Source: an uncultured Acidobacteriota bacterium (GTDB taxonomy: Bacteria; Acidobacteriota; UBA4820; DSQY01). From it: DNA of 64,000 bases. The number at the start of each line of letters is the position of its first letter. Positions within the stretch are counted from its first letter, which is position 1. Of the stretch, positions 1 to 9,125 are shown one piece after another. The DNA lies in the NCBI GenBank assembly GCA_963772255.1, contig CAVYWK010000022.1, positions 242,525 to 306,524 of the forward strand. The letters run 5' to 3'. Under the pieces are notes generated by a model. It was not told the origin of the DNA. It saw only the letters and a program-made list of their open reading frames with translations, and did not search any database. The translations under genes and the position numbers were made by a program.

Positions 1-684
1 GCGGGCGAGCGCCCCCGCCTCATCATGGCCTGGATGCGCGGCGCCGACGGGCCGGGCCATGCGGAGGGCCCCGACGGGGAGGGCGTGCATCGGGCTATGG
101 CCTCGGCCGATGGCCTCCTGGCAGAACTGCGGGCGGGGCTCAAGACGCTGGATCCTCCCGTGCCCGTGGACCTTCTGCTCGTGAGCGACCACGGCATGGC
201 CAAGGTGGATCGCATCGTGGACCCGCTGAAGGCCATCCCCAAGGAGGGTTACTTCCCCTTCGTGGCCAGCTCCGGGCCCGTGTGCAATATCACCGTGAAG
301 AACGAGGCCCAGCGACGCCAGGTGGCGGCGGGGCTCCATCGGCTTCCCAAGGATGTCCTAGCCATGACCCGCACGGAGGCCGCTGCGCGCTTCCGCTACG
401 AGTGTCCCGGCCGCACGGGCGACTTCGTGCTCCTCTGCCCGCCCGGGGCCACTTTCTCCAGCCACAGCAAAAAGAGGACCCGTGACGTTCCCCGCGGCAT
501 GCACGGCTACGACCCGGCCCTGCAGGACATGGGCGGCATTTTCTACGCCGAAGGGCCCCATTTCCCCGCGGGAAAGGTCCTGGCCGAAGTCCGTGCGGAG
601 GACATCTCTCCCACCGTTTGCGCCTGTCTGGGCATGTCGCCTCCACCCCGGTGCGAGGGCCACAATCTGCTCAACGCACCCTGA
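1..684 (+). CDS. Alkaline-phosphatase-superfamily nucleotide pyrophosphatase/phosphodiesterase (NPP type), 5' partial
   Basis: Frame is open from base 1. Motifs D-GPGH, LLLVSDHGM and GMHGY match the C-terminal half of type I phosphodiesterases. Confidence 0.85.
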   Translation, partial: AGERPRLIMAWMRGADGPGHAEGPDGEGVHRAMASADGLLAELRAGLKTLDPPVPVDLLLVSDHGMAKVDRIVDPLKAIPKEGYFPFVASSGPVCNITVKNEAQRRQVAAGLHRLPKDVLAMTRTEAAARFRYECPGRTGDFVLLCPPGATFSSHSKKRTRDVPRGMHGYDPALQDMGGIFYAEGPHFPAGKVLAEVRAEDISPTVCACLGMSPPPRCEGHNLLNAP

Positions 685-689
685 GGCGA

Positions 690-1541
690 TCAGGCATCCA
701 TAAAGAGGGTGCACCCTTTGCCGGCGGACTTGGCCCCGTACATGGCCCGATCCGCGGCGTGGAGGAGGGCGTCCACGGACTCGGGCGGTCGGACGAACGC
801 CACCGCCCCGATGCTGAACCCGATGGGCCAATTTGCCTTCGCGGCCAAGTGCTCCAAGTCCTCGCGCAGGCGCCCCAGGACCGCTTCGGCTTCCTCGCGC
901 CCGGCGTCCGTCAGGAGGAGGGCGAACTCATCCCCGCCGATGCGAGCCACCGCATCCGATTCCCTCGTGGCGGCCTTCAGCACCCCAGCCACGGCGCACA
1001 GGATCCCGTCCCCCGCGCTGTGCCCGCTCCGGTCGTTGCACGCCTTGAAATCGTCCAGGTCCAGGTAGGCCGCGGTGAGGCGGGCGCCGGTCCTGCCGGA
1101 GCGGGCGATCTCTGCGGAGGCGCGCTCGCGGAAGCCCCGGCCGTTGTCAATTCCCGTCAGGGAGTCGCTCTTGGAGCAGACGCGCTCCTTGCGCAAGAGC
1201 CGCTCCCGCGAAACCTCCAGAACCGACAGAAGGGCGAAGATCGCCGTACGGACGAGGGCGTTCCAGAGGTGCTGCTCCGCGCTCGCTTCGGCCGGCTTTT
1301 GAAAGAGGTCGGAGAGGAACCATCCAGCCCCTGCGGAGGCGGAGACCAGGAGGCTGGGACCAAGCCCGGAGAACCGTGCCACGACGAGGACCGGCACCGT
1401 GCAGAGCAGGAGCAGGCTTTCCCGGAGGGACAGGGTCCAGTCCAGAAGCCAGATGGCGGTCAGCATCGCCAGCCCGAGGGCCAGGATCGCCGGCCTGGAC
1501 AATCCTTCCAGGAATGCCCGGATGCGCTTGAGGCCTTCCAT
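690..1541 (-). CDS. Membrane-anchored diguanylate cyclase (GGDEF)
   Basis: N-terminal hydrophobic helices, D-LTGIDN, YLDLDDFK, RESD I-site and intact RIGGDEF. ATG 1541 chosen over the longer ORF start. Confidence 0.9.
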   Translation of the reverse strand: MEGLKRIRAFLEGLSRPAILALGLAMLTAIWLLDWTLSLRESLLLLCTVPVLVVARFSGLGPSLLVSASAGAGWFLSDLFQKPAEASAEQHLWNALVRTAIFALLSVLEVSRERLLRKERVCSKSDSLTGIDNGRGFRERASAEIARSGRTGARLTAAYLDLDDFKACNDRSGHSAGDGILCAVAGVLKAATRESDAVARIGGDEFALLLTDAGREEAEAVLGRLREDLEHLAAKANWPIGFSIGAVAFVRPPESVDALLHAADRAMYGAKSAGKGCTLFMDA

Positions 1542-1684
1542 CGGTCCCCCCCCCGAGGAAGAATAACGGGCGCGGGTCTCCCTCACAAGAGCCGGTCGTG
1601 GATCGGTCCCATCGGTTCCGGCCCTCTTCGGGTAAACTAGGCACTCTGAATTCGGGACCGACATTTGGCCAGGGGAGGAAGGCC

Positions 1685-2890
1685 ATGGAGCCCAAACCCT
1701 CAAAGGAGAGGACCCCCGAGGGAGTCTGGCTCCTCCTGTCGGCGCAGGTGGCTTCACAGATGGGCGACGCGGCCTTCGGCGTCCTCCTCCTCTGGTCGGT
1801 CCTCGGCATGTCCGACAGCAAGGCGGTAGTGGGCGCCGTAGCGACCCTCAACTACTTGCCCATCCTTCTCTTCGGCATGGTAGGCGGCCTCGCGGCGGAC
1901 CGGTTCCCCCGCCGGGGCCTCATGGTGGCCTCCGACGGCGCTCGGGCGGCGGTCGCATTCTCAGTCCCGGTCCTCGGACACTTCGGGCTGTTAGACCCCT
2001 GGGTTCTGGCGGCGGCGGGGTTCTCGCTGTTCACGGCCTCGGCCTTCTTCAACCCGGCCCGGGACGCCTACATACCCTCCCTCGTGGACAAGCGCGACCT
2101 GGTGCGCGCCAATGCGCTCATCCAGGTGAGTGTTCCCATGGGCTGGCTCTTTGGTCCCGCCCTGTGCTCGCTGTTCTTGAAGTGGGTGTCCCCGGAGAAC
2201 CTGATGGGGGGGGTGGGAGGCCTTTTCCTGGTGTCTGTGGCCTTCCTGTTGGCCCTCCCCGGCTTCAGGACGATGCAGCGGGAGAGCGCCCCCGCCTTGA
2301 AGGCCATCGGGGAGGGCCTCTCCGCGGCCTGGCGAGACGTTCGTCTCCGCTGGCTCCTGATCCTCACGGCGGTGGACAACCTCTTCATCATGGGCCCCGC
2401 CATCGTGGGGACACCCCTGCTGGTGAAGGGTCCCTACGGCGGGACGGGAACCGACTATGCCCTTCTGGAGGCGGCCCTGGCCGCGGGTGTCTTCCTGGGC
2501 CTGCCCCTCACGGCCTGGCTCAACCGCCGCATGGGCCAGGGCAAGGTCCTCATCGCCGGGATTTTTCTCGACGGCATCACCTACCTGCCCCTCCTCTGGA
2601 TCGACCACCTCTGGGCGGCGGGCGTGGCCATCGGCCTGCACGGCATTTCCATTCCGCTCATCACGGTGACGCGCTCGAGCCTCATCCAGCGCATAGCCCC
2701 TCCCGAACAACTCGGCCGAATTTTCGCGTTCGTTGGCATCACCGTCTTGGGCCTCACCGCCGCGTCTTCGGGCCTCACGGGCCTGCTCGCCACCGTCGTT
2801 CCCGTCAAGGTCATCTTCGGGGGCATTGCCATTTGCGCCGCGCTGTGCGGCCCGGCGGCGTGGATGAGCAAGGCCTTCCGGGAGGCGTAG
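1685..2890 (+). CDS. MFS transporter
   Basis: About 12 hydrophobic segments and motif-A-like GLAADRFPRR. RBS ggggagg precedes ATG 1685. Confidence 0.88.
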   Translation: MEPKPSKERTPEGVWLLLSAQVASQMGDAAFGVLLLWSVLGMSDSKAVVGAVATLNYLPILLFGMVGGLAADRFPRRGLMVASDGARAAVAFSVPVLGHFGLLDPWVLAAAGFSLFTASAFFNPARDAYIPSLVDKRDLVRANALIQVSVPMGWLFGPALCSLFLKWVSPENLMGGVGGLFLVSVAFLLALPGFRTMQRESAPALKAIGEGLSAAWRDVRLRWLLILTAVDNLFIMGPAIVGTPLLVKGPYGGTGTDYALLEAALAAGVFLGLPLTAWLNRRMGQGKVLIAGIFLDGITYLPLLWIDHLWAAGVAIGLHGISIPLITVTRSSLIQRIAPPEQLGRIFAFVGITVLGLTAASSGLTGLLATVVPVKVIFGGIAICAALCGPAAWMSKAFREA

Positions 2891-3015
2891 CGTGCATCGC
2901 CGGGACGTGCGCCGCCAGTCTCGGACCTCGGGCGTGGTCAGGCTGCGGCGACCAACCCTGCGACGTACCAGGTTGCATCCGAAGCTGCCGCAAGAGTGGC
3001 GGCCCTTTTCGCTGG

Positions 3016-3594
3016 TCAGGGTTCAGATTCGACGAGGGCGCAGAGCAGGTGCCCGAGGACCGCGTGGAACTCCTGGATTCGCGGGGTCTGCTGGGCCCCG
3101 TAGACCAGCGCCACGTCCACCTCGGCCGCCATGGTCCCTCCGTCCCGCCCGAGGACGGCCACGGTCCGACAACCCATGGCCTTGGCCTTCTTGAGGGCGA
3201 GACGAACATTGGGGGAAGTGCCCGAGGTGGAGATACCCACGGCCGCGTCGCCGGGGCGGGCCAGAGCCTCCACCTGCCGGGCAAAGATGTGATCGAAGCC
3301 GTAATCGTTGCCGATGGCCGTCAGCGCGGAGGTGTCGGTAGTGAGCGCGATGGCGGCCAACCCCGGCCGCTCCCTCAGGTAACGTCCCGTGAGTTCTGCG
3401 GCCCAATGCTGGGCGTCGGCGGCGCTTCCGCCGTTTCCGAAGAGGAGCACCTTCCCTCCGGCGGCCATGGTGCTGCGGAGCAGTTCCGCGGCGTTGAGAA
3501 TGCTCCCGCGCAGGGCTTCCAGGGCTTCCCCCTGGCGGCGCAGGTTTTCCTGGATGGAACGCCGTTCGGCATCGAACACGCTGCCCAAACTCAT
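3016..3594 (-). CDS. gmhA: D-sedoheptulose-7-phosphate isomerase
   Basis: [29 protein letters not shown] and RIQEFH motifs. Confidence 0.95.
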   Translation of the reverse strand: MSLGSVFDAERRSIQENLRRQGEALEALRGSILNAAELLRSTMAAGGKVLLFGNGGSAADAQHWAAELTGRYLRERPGLAAIALTTDTSALTAIGNDYGFDHIFARQVEALARPGDAAVGISTSGTSPNVRLALKKAKAMGCRTVAVLGRDGGTMAAEVDVALVYGAQQTPRIQEFHAVLGHLLCALVESEP

Positions 3595-3640
3595 CCTTAC
3601 CTCCTACCCACGAGGGTTCAGGGACAAGTATACTTCAGCC

Positions 3641-5080
3641 ATGGAACGCCTGGGCCCCGTTGTTGCCACAGTCCCTGCGGCCACCGTCTCCTCGGCCCGT
3701 GCCGCGGCCCGTGCCGCGCGGGCCGCCGGAGCGGCCCGCGCCGAAATGAGGCTGGACCACCTGGATCGGGGCGAGGACCCGCTCTCCCTGGCGGACCTCG
3801 CCCGGGAGATGCCGCTCCTGCTCTCCGGCCGTCGGGACGCGTTTCGCACCGAGGACCTGCCCGCATTCAGGCGAGGACAGGCTCTGGGCGCCTGGGTGGA
3901 TCTGCCATTTTCTACCCACCTGCCCGAGGATCTCTTCGGTCTGGACCCTTCGAAGATGGTTCTTTCGTGGCACGACTTCGAGGGGACGCCCCCGAAACCG
4001 GAGGCCGTCCTTGAGCGAATGCGGACCCGCCGCGCCGCGGCCTACAAGATCGTCACGACGGCCCGGGACCTTCCCGACGCCCTTTCGATGCTTCGCTTTG
4101 TGGACCACCGGGGGACCGAGGGAGACCTCTGCGCGTTCGCCATGGACGGCCCGGGCGCGCCCAGCCGGGTGCTCGCCCTGGCATGGGGATCCTGCGCCAC
4201 CTACGCTACCGCGCCGGGGTGCGAGGCCGCCGCCGCCGGACAGATGGGCCTGGAGGAGTTCCTCGGTGACTACCGGCCCGGGGATCTTGGCCGGCAGGAT
4301 CCCCTGTACGCCCTGGCGGGATGGCCCCTGGCCCACACTCGGACGCCTTCGTTCTTCAACCGATGGCTGGCGAATACGGGCCTCCCCGGCCGGTACCTGC
4401 CGATCCCGTGCACGAATCCCTCGGCTCTTCTGGAGGGCGGCCTGCCCCTGGGGGGAGTGGCGATCACCATCCCCCACAAGGAGACCGTCGTGTCCCTGGC
4501 GGGTCGCTCCTCGCACCTGGTTCGAGCGACGGGCGCCTGCAACACGCTCCTGCCCACACCGGCCTGCTGGCTCGCCGCGAATACGGACGTCTTCGGCGTG
4601 AGGCGAGCCTTGCGCCACGTGCCTCGGGGTTCCCGGTGCCTGCTGCTCGGATACGGCGGCGCGGCCGCAGCCGCGGCGTTCGCGCTGGCAGGCCGCGGAC
4701 CCGTGTCCGTCTCGGGGCGCGATGACGAAAAGGCCGCAGCCTTTGCTCGGAGGTGGGGGTTGCTGGCCGCTCCCTGGGAAGAGAGGGGATCGGCCCGCTG
4801 GGACCTCCTGGTCAACGCCACGCCGGTGGGGCGTCACGACGGCGAAATGCCCTATCCGGTCGATCGCCTTTGCGGTTCTTGGGTCTTCGATATGGTGGTA
4901 CGCCCCGGCAGAACGACGCTTTTGAAATCCGCCTCCGACCGTGGACTGGCGGCCATCCAGGGCGAAGCCATGCTCATTCCCCAGGCCGCCTTGCAGTACC
5001 GCCTCTGGACAGGGCGGAGGCCGTCGAGGGAAGGTGGCATGGAGCATTCATTCCTTGACGGGGCACCCTTTCCTCGCTAG
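3641..5080 (+). CDS. aroDE: Type I 3-dehydroquinate dehydratase / shikimate dehydrogenase fusion (AroD-AroE)
   Basis: N-half has AEMRLD, LSWHDF, YKIV and AFAM. C-half has ITIPHKE, GACNT, NTD, LGYGGAA, NATPVG and MLIPQAALQ. Confidence 0.85.
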   Translation: MERLGPVVATVPAATVSSARAAARAARAAGAARAEMRLDHLDRGEDPLSLADLAREMPLLLSGRRDAFRTEDLPAFRRGQALGAWVDLPFSTHLPEDLFGLDPSKMVLSWHDFEGTPPKPEAVLERMRTRRAAAYKIVTTARDLPDALSMLRFVDHRGTEGDLCAFAMDGPGAPSRVLALAWGSCATYATAPGCEAAAAGQMGLEEFLGDYRPGDLGRQDPLYALAGWPLAHTRTPSFFNRWLANTGLPGRYLPIPCTNPSALLEGGLPLGGVAITIPHKETVVSLAGRSSHLVRATGACNTLLPTPACWLAANTDVFGVRRALRHVPRGSRCLLLGYGGAAAAAAFALAGRGPVSVSGRDDEKAAAFARRWGLLAAPWEERGSARWDLLVNATPVGRHDGEMPYPVDRLCGSWVFDMVVRPGRTTLLKSASDRGLAAIQGEAMLIPQAALQYRLWTGRRPSREGGMEHSFLDGAPFPR

Positions 5081-5157
5081 ATTGGGAGGGTGAACCCGAA
5101 GGAGACGATCGACCTCATCCTGACCGAATGCCTCGCTTTGGCCACAGGGAAAGGACC

Positions 5158-5910
5158 ATGAAGCGACGCACGTTCGTCCGCGTGGCAGGGCGCCTCACCC
5201 TCGCCGCAGCGGTGTTCCCTCGCACGACTCTCGCAAGAATCGCCGGGGAGATTTCCATCCCCGGCCACCCCAACCCGCAAGGAGGACGACCCATGGCTTA
5301 CGAAGCGAAAGTTCATCTGAAACCATCCGGACTCAAGGGAATTTCCGAGAACCAGATCGCCCAGCACTGGAAGCTCTACGAGGGATACGTGGCCAATACC
5401 AACGGCCTCATCACCGAGCTCGAGGCCATGCGGAAGGAGGGCAAGGGGGGGACGCCGATCTACGCAGACCGGCGGCGCCGGTTCGGGTTCGAATACAACG
5501 GCATGGTCCTCCACGAGTACTACTTCGGCAACCTCAAAACCGGCGTGGCCGCGCCCGGTGATGCCACGGCCTTCAAGAAGGCCCTGGCCGAGCAGTTCGG
5601 CTCCTTCGACGCCTGGAAGGAGGATTTCGTCAAGACCGGAGCCTCCCGCTCCATCGGCTGGGCCATCCTCTACCTCGACCCGGCCACAGGCACCCTCACC
5701 AACGATTTCATCCAGCTCCACGAGGAAGGCAACGTGGCCGGGTTCATCCCCGTCCTGGTCATGGATGTCTGGGAGCACGCCTACATGGTGGACCAGCCCG
5801 CCACGGGCCGCCCCGAATACATCAAGGCCTTCTTCGAGAACGTCAACTGGTCCGTCGCCGAGAAACGCTTCGACGAGGCCAAGGCAGGGAAGATCCCCGC
5901 CCGGTGGTGA
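5158..5910 (+). CDS. sod: Fe/Mn superoxide dismutase, divergent subtype, with in-frame twin-arginine leader (second RBS+ATG at 5293)
   Basis: Metal-ligand segments AQHWKLY, LHEYYF and DVWEHAY. Leader MKRRTFVR. A purine-rich RBS precedes each ATG. Confidence 0.88.
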   Translation: MKRRTFVRVAGRLTLAAAVFPRTTLARIAGEISIPGHPNPQGGRPMAYEAKVHLKPSGLKGISENQIAQHWKLYEGYVANTNGLITELEAMRKEGKGGTPIYADRRRRFGFEYNGMVLHEYYFGNLKTGVAAPGDATAFKKALAEQFGSFDAWKEDFVKTGASRSIGWAILYLDPATGTLTNDFIQLHEEGNVAGFIPVLVMDVWEHAYMVDQPATGRPEYIKAFFENVNWSVAEKRFDEAKAGKIPARW

Positions 5911-5988
5911 GGTCGGCATGGTGCACTGGGGACTAGACTCGGCGTGCGGACGGGTCGAGCCAAGACCGGAAGAGGATCGCGCATCGGC

Positions 5989-6014
5989 AAAGGCGGGCTT
6001 AGGCCCGCCTTTTT
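5989..6014. terminator. Intrinsic terminator, probably bidirectional
   Basis: AAAGGCGGGC-TTAG-GCCCGCCTTTTT between convergent genes. Confidence 0.8.
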
Positions 6015-6047
6015 CGTCATCGGAACCCGGCCCCGTCCTGCGGCCTG

Positions 6048-6539
6048 CTAGCGCTTGCGGGCTCGGGACCTGGGAGCGAGGAGCGTGCCCCGGCATCGGG
6101 GTGTTCCGCAGTGACAGGGGTACCGCGCCTTCACGGCGCGGGTGTGGCGGCCCTCGAGGTCGAGGGCGTAATCGTAGGTCAGTTCCTCGCCCGGCAGAAT
6201 GTCCCTCAGGGCTTCGATGAAAATGCGCCCCGCGTCCTCCACGGCCTGGCAGGAGGGTTCGCACGAGTGGTTGATGAAGCGGGCCTCGTTGCCCCGCACG
6301 GCACCGTCGATGACCGTGCGGTCATCCACCGCGAACAGCACCACGTGGATCGCGTCTCCGGGGGTGTCTTCATGGCGCCGGGAGGCTTCTTCGTGGGTGA
6401 TCCGCTGCCCCATGTACTCGAGGATCCTGGTCCCTGAAGCCATGGGGCGACGGGCGAAGACCCCCGTTCCATGTATGGGGGAGGTTCGCACTTCCCACTT
6501 CGGCGCACGAATCGTGACCGCGCCTCCCGAACCCCTCAA
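6048..6539 (-). CDS. SET-domain protein-lysine methyltransferase with post-SET Cys cluster
   Basis: HGTGVFA, RFINHSCEP, EELTYDY and CHCGTPRCRG. TTG start overlaps the upstream stop (TTGA). Confidence 0.9.
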   Translation of the reverse strand: MRGSGGAVTIRAPKWEVRTSPIHGTGVFARRPMASGTRILEYMGQRITHEEASRRHEDTPGDAIHVVLFAVDDRTVIDGAVRGNEARFINHSCEPSCQAVEDAGRIFIEALRDILPGEELTYDYALDLEGRHTRAVKARYPCHCGTPRCRGTLLAPRSRARKR

Positions 6540-7336
6540 CCTTCCTCCCGCTCCGCGGCGGCGGCTTCCATTCTTCGGCTGAGGGCGCACCCGAGGAATA
6601 GGAAAAGCGCGGTGTAGACCGCCAGGAACACGAGCGCGGCGGTTCGGGATTCGCTGGCCGCGAGCATCTGCTCGATCACCCCTTGGGGAGCCGTGTTGTG
6701 GGGCAGGAGCGTGTGCAGGTGGAACAGGAGCGTGAGCCTCTTGAGGAAGCCCGGAAGCCACGCCACCAGGTTCTCCCAGCCGAACCCGATGATGAGGCCC
6801 CAGAATAGGGGCTTCTTCACGGCCAAACCGATAAAGGCGAAGAGGGCGCCGTAGGCCAACACGCCCAGCCCCGTGGTGGCCAAGTCTCCAAGGAGGGTCC
6901 CCATTTCCCGGCCCAGCGCTCCGGCGCCGTCGATGGAGAGGGACAAGAGATAGGTGCCCGCGATGCTCAGCCAGCTCCCCGCCACCAGCACCGCCACCAT
7001 GGCGGCGACCTTGGCCAGGTAGACCCTCTCGCGCCGCACGGGGCGGCCGAAGAGGTAGGGCAGGGTCCCGCCCTCCACCTCGTCGGCGATGAGCGAGGTC
7101 CCGAAGAAGAGCGTGGAGAGGGGGACCAGGAAGCCGGTGATGTAGGCCAGCACCAGGATGCCGTAGAGGGTCACGCCTCCCAGCGGCACCTGGACGCCCC
7201 GCCATATGAGCAGGCGGAGGAAGAGGGCCGCGGCCCAGGGCACCGCCAGGAGGAGCCCGAACAGCCAGCCCTTCACCGAGCGGGTCATACCCCGCGCCGT
7301 GAAACTGAAAATCGCCCGCACCGCGCCGTCGATCAT
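6536..7336 (-). CDS. ABC transporter permease (ABC-2 type)
   Basis: About 6 TM segments and SLIADEVEGGTLPYLFGRPVRR (EAA-like loop). Start overlaps the upstream ATPase stop. Confidence 0.85.
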   Translation of the reverse strand: MIDGAVRAIFSFTARGMTRSVKGWLFGLLLAVPWAAALFLRLLIWRGVQVPLGGVTLYGILVLAYITGFLVPLSTLFFGTSLIADEVEGGTLPYLFGRPVRRERVYLAKVAAMVAVLVAGSWLSIAGTYLLSLSIDGAGALGREMGTLLGDLATTGLGVLAYGALFAFIGLAVKKPLFWGLIIGFGWENLVAWLPGFLKRLTLLFHLHTLLPHNTAPQGVIEQMLAASESRTAALVFLAVYTALFLFLGCALSRRMEAAAAEREEG

Positions 7337-8250
7337 CACGCCACCAGGTAGGAAAAGACCGCCGACAGGTTGTCGTCGAGCGGGTTCAGGAGGTCCAAGC
7401 CCAGTTCGCGCTCGGCCATGAGGTCGCCCAGGCGCAGGCGGAAGTCGCCCATGTCCGTCACCTCGGCGGTGAGGATCTTGGCGTCCGCCCCGAAGGTCAC
7501 CGACTGCACGCAGGGCCAACCGATGAGCGATGCCGCCAGCGCGCGGGCGTCCGTGCAGCGCACGAACACGTGCATGGGCCTGGAGGCGATGGCCTGCCGA
7601 ACCTGCGGCACTTCGCCGGAGGCCAGAAGCTTGCCGTGGTGCAGGAGGAGGATGCGGCTGGTCATGGCCTCCACCTCGTGGAGCATGTGTGAGGACACCA
7701 GCACGCACTTGCCCTCTTCGCCCCAGCGGCGGATGGCCGCGATGGCCTGGGCCCGGCTGGGCGGATCCATACCGTTGAGGGGCTCGTCCAGCAGGAGCAC
7801 CGGCGGGTCGTGCACGAGGGCCTGGGCCATCTTCACTTTCTGGCGCATACCCTTGCTCATGGCCCGGACCTTTTTGCCCGCCTCCTCGCCCAGGGCCACT
7901 TCGTTGCAGGCGCTTCGGGCGCGGTCCCGGGCGTCGGCGGGGGAGAGACCGGATAGGCGACCCAGGTAGGCCACGAATTCGAGACCCGTGACATCCTCGT
8001 AGAAGTGGTCGGGGCTGGGGCAGTATCCCATCTGCTTGAGGGCGTCGGGGTTGGCGAAAAGGGCCTTGCCGTCCAGGTCCACCGTCCCCGAACTAGGCTG
8101 CAAGAGCCCCGCCATGAGGTTGAGGAGCGTGCTCTTGCCCGCCCCGTTGACGCCCAGCAGGCCGGTGACGCCGGGCTCGATGGTGAGGGAGATGCGGTTC
8201 ACACCCACCACCAGCCCATACCATTTTGAGACATTCTGGACACGGATCAT
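7336..8250 (-). CDS. ABC transporter ATP-binding protein
   Basis: GVNGAGKST, MSKGMRQK, LLLDEP and SSHML. Confidence 0.93.
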   Translation of the reverse strand: MIRVQNVSKWYGLVVGVNRISLTIEPGVTGLLGVNGAGKSTLLNLMAGLLQPSSGTVDLDGKALFANPDALKQMGYCPSPDHFYEDVTGLEFVAYLGRLSGLSPADARDRARSACNEVALGEEAGKKVRAMSKGMRQKVKMAQALVHDPPVLLLDEPLNGMDPPSRAQAIAAIRRWGEEGKCVLVSSHMLHEVEAMTSRILLLHHGKLLASGEVPQVRQAIASRPMHVFVRCTDARALAASLIGWPCVQSVTFGADAKILTAEVTDMGDFRLRLGDLMAERELGLDLLNPLDDNLSAVFSYLVA

Positions 8251-9125
8251 TGCAGCACCGCCCGGCGCGAGAACCGGACCACCAGCACCGCCACACTGGC
8301 GGCGGCCAGCCCGATGAAGTAAAGCGCCACGAGGGCCGGATGGAGGTCGGCTGAGGCGAAGGGTGCCGGCGCCCCAAGGCAGAGGTGCGCCAGTGCCGTG
8401 AGCTCCCGGGAGAGGGAGAAGAACCATACGGAGGTGACCTTGGTGATGGCGTAGACGATCCCGCAGGCGATGTCGCCGAAGAACACCAGCGCGATGAAGG
8501 CCAGGCCCACCACCCGCGGGGAGCGGGCCATGGAGGACAGGGCCAGCGTGAAGAGCACGATCACGCCTGGACCGATGGCCGTGTAGAGCAGGGTGCCCCA
8601 CAGGATCCGGGCGTGGGAGAAGAGCCAGGCGGCGTCCCCCGTGAGCCCCACCTGGAAGATCACCAGGACCAGCGTGGGCAGGAGGGAGAAGATGAGGAGG
8701 AACGCGCCGAGTGCTGTGCCCTTGGCCCACAGGTACTGGAAGGAGGAGACGGCCCGGCCCAGGAACACGTCCAGGGTCATGTCCTTGCGGTCCCTGGACA
8801 CGAGGCCGGACCCCACCCAGATGGACACGATGAACAGCAGGAAGAGGTCGTACCCGTTGGTGAGCAGCTTGGCCACGAGTTTCTCGTCCACCACGGGGAG
8901 CTGTTTGACCAGGTCCTTGGCCCAGTCCGCGTCCCCGAGCTGGGTATGGAGGAACGTGAGCGCCACGCCGTACATCCACGGAAGGAGGGCCACCACCAGC
9001 AGGAACACGAAGACCCTGCGACGGAAGTACGGCAGGATCTCCTCCCGGAAGAGCGGCCACCACCGGCGGTTCAGGGGGAGGCGGTCTCCCGTGTAGACTT
9101 CGTAGCCCTGCTCATAGACCGGCAT
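8247..9125 (-). CDS. ABC transporter permease
   Basis: About 6 TM segments and GSGLVSRDRK loop. Lies between two ABC ATPases with overlapping stops and starts. Confidence 0.85.
   Translation of the reverse strand: MPVYEQGYEVYTGDRLPLNRRWWPLFREEILPYFRRRVFVFLLVVALLPWMYGVALTFLHTQLGDADWAKDLVKQLPVVDEKLVAKLLTNGYDLFLLFIVSIWVGSGLVSRDRKDMTLDVFLGRAVSSFQYLWAKGTALGAFLLIFSLLPTLVLVIFQVGLTGDAAWLFSHARILWGTLLYTAIGPGVIVLFTLALSSMARSPRVVGLAFIALVFFGDIACGIVYAITKVTSVWFFSLSRELTALAHLCLGAPAPFASADLHPALVALYFIGLAAASVAVLVVRFSRRAVLQ

Noticed and set aside
2164-4014. Long ORFs such as 2164-4014, 20151-22505, 22502-23686, 26827-29991, 31657-34338 and 50596-52335
   Set aside because: Off-frame or antisense shadows of well-supported genes. 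They are Pro/Arg/Gly-rich with no motifs, as expected at high GC.
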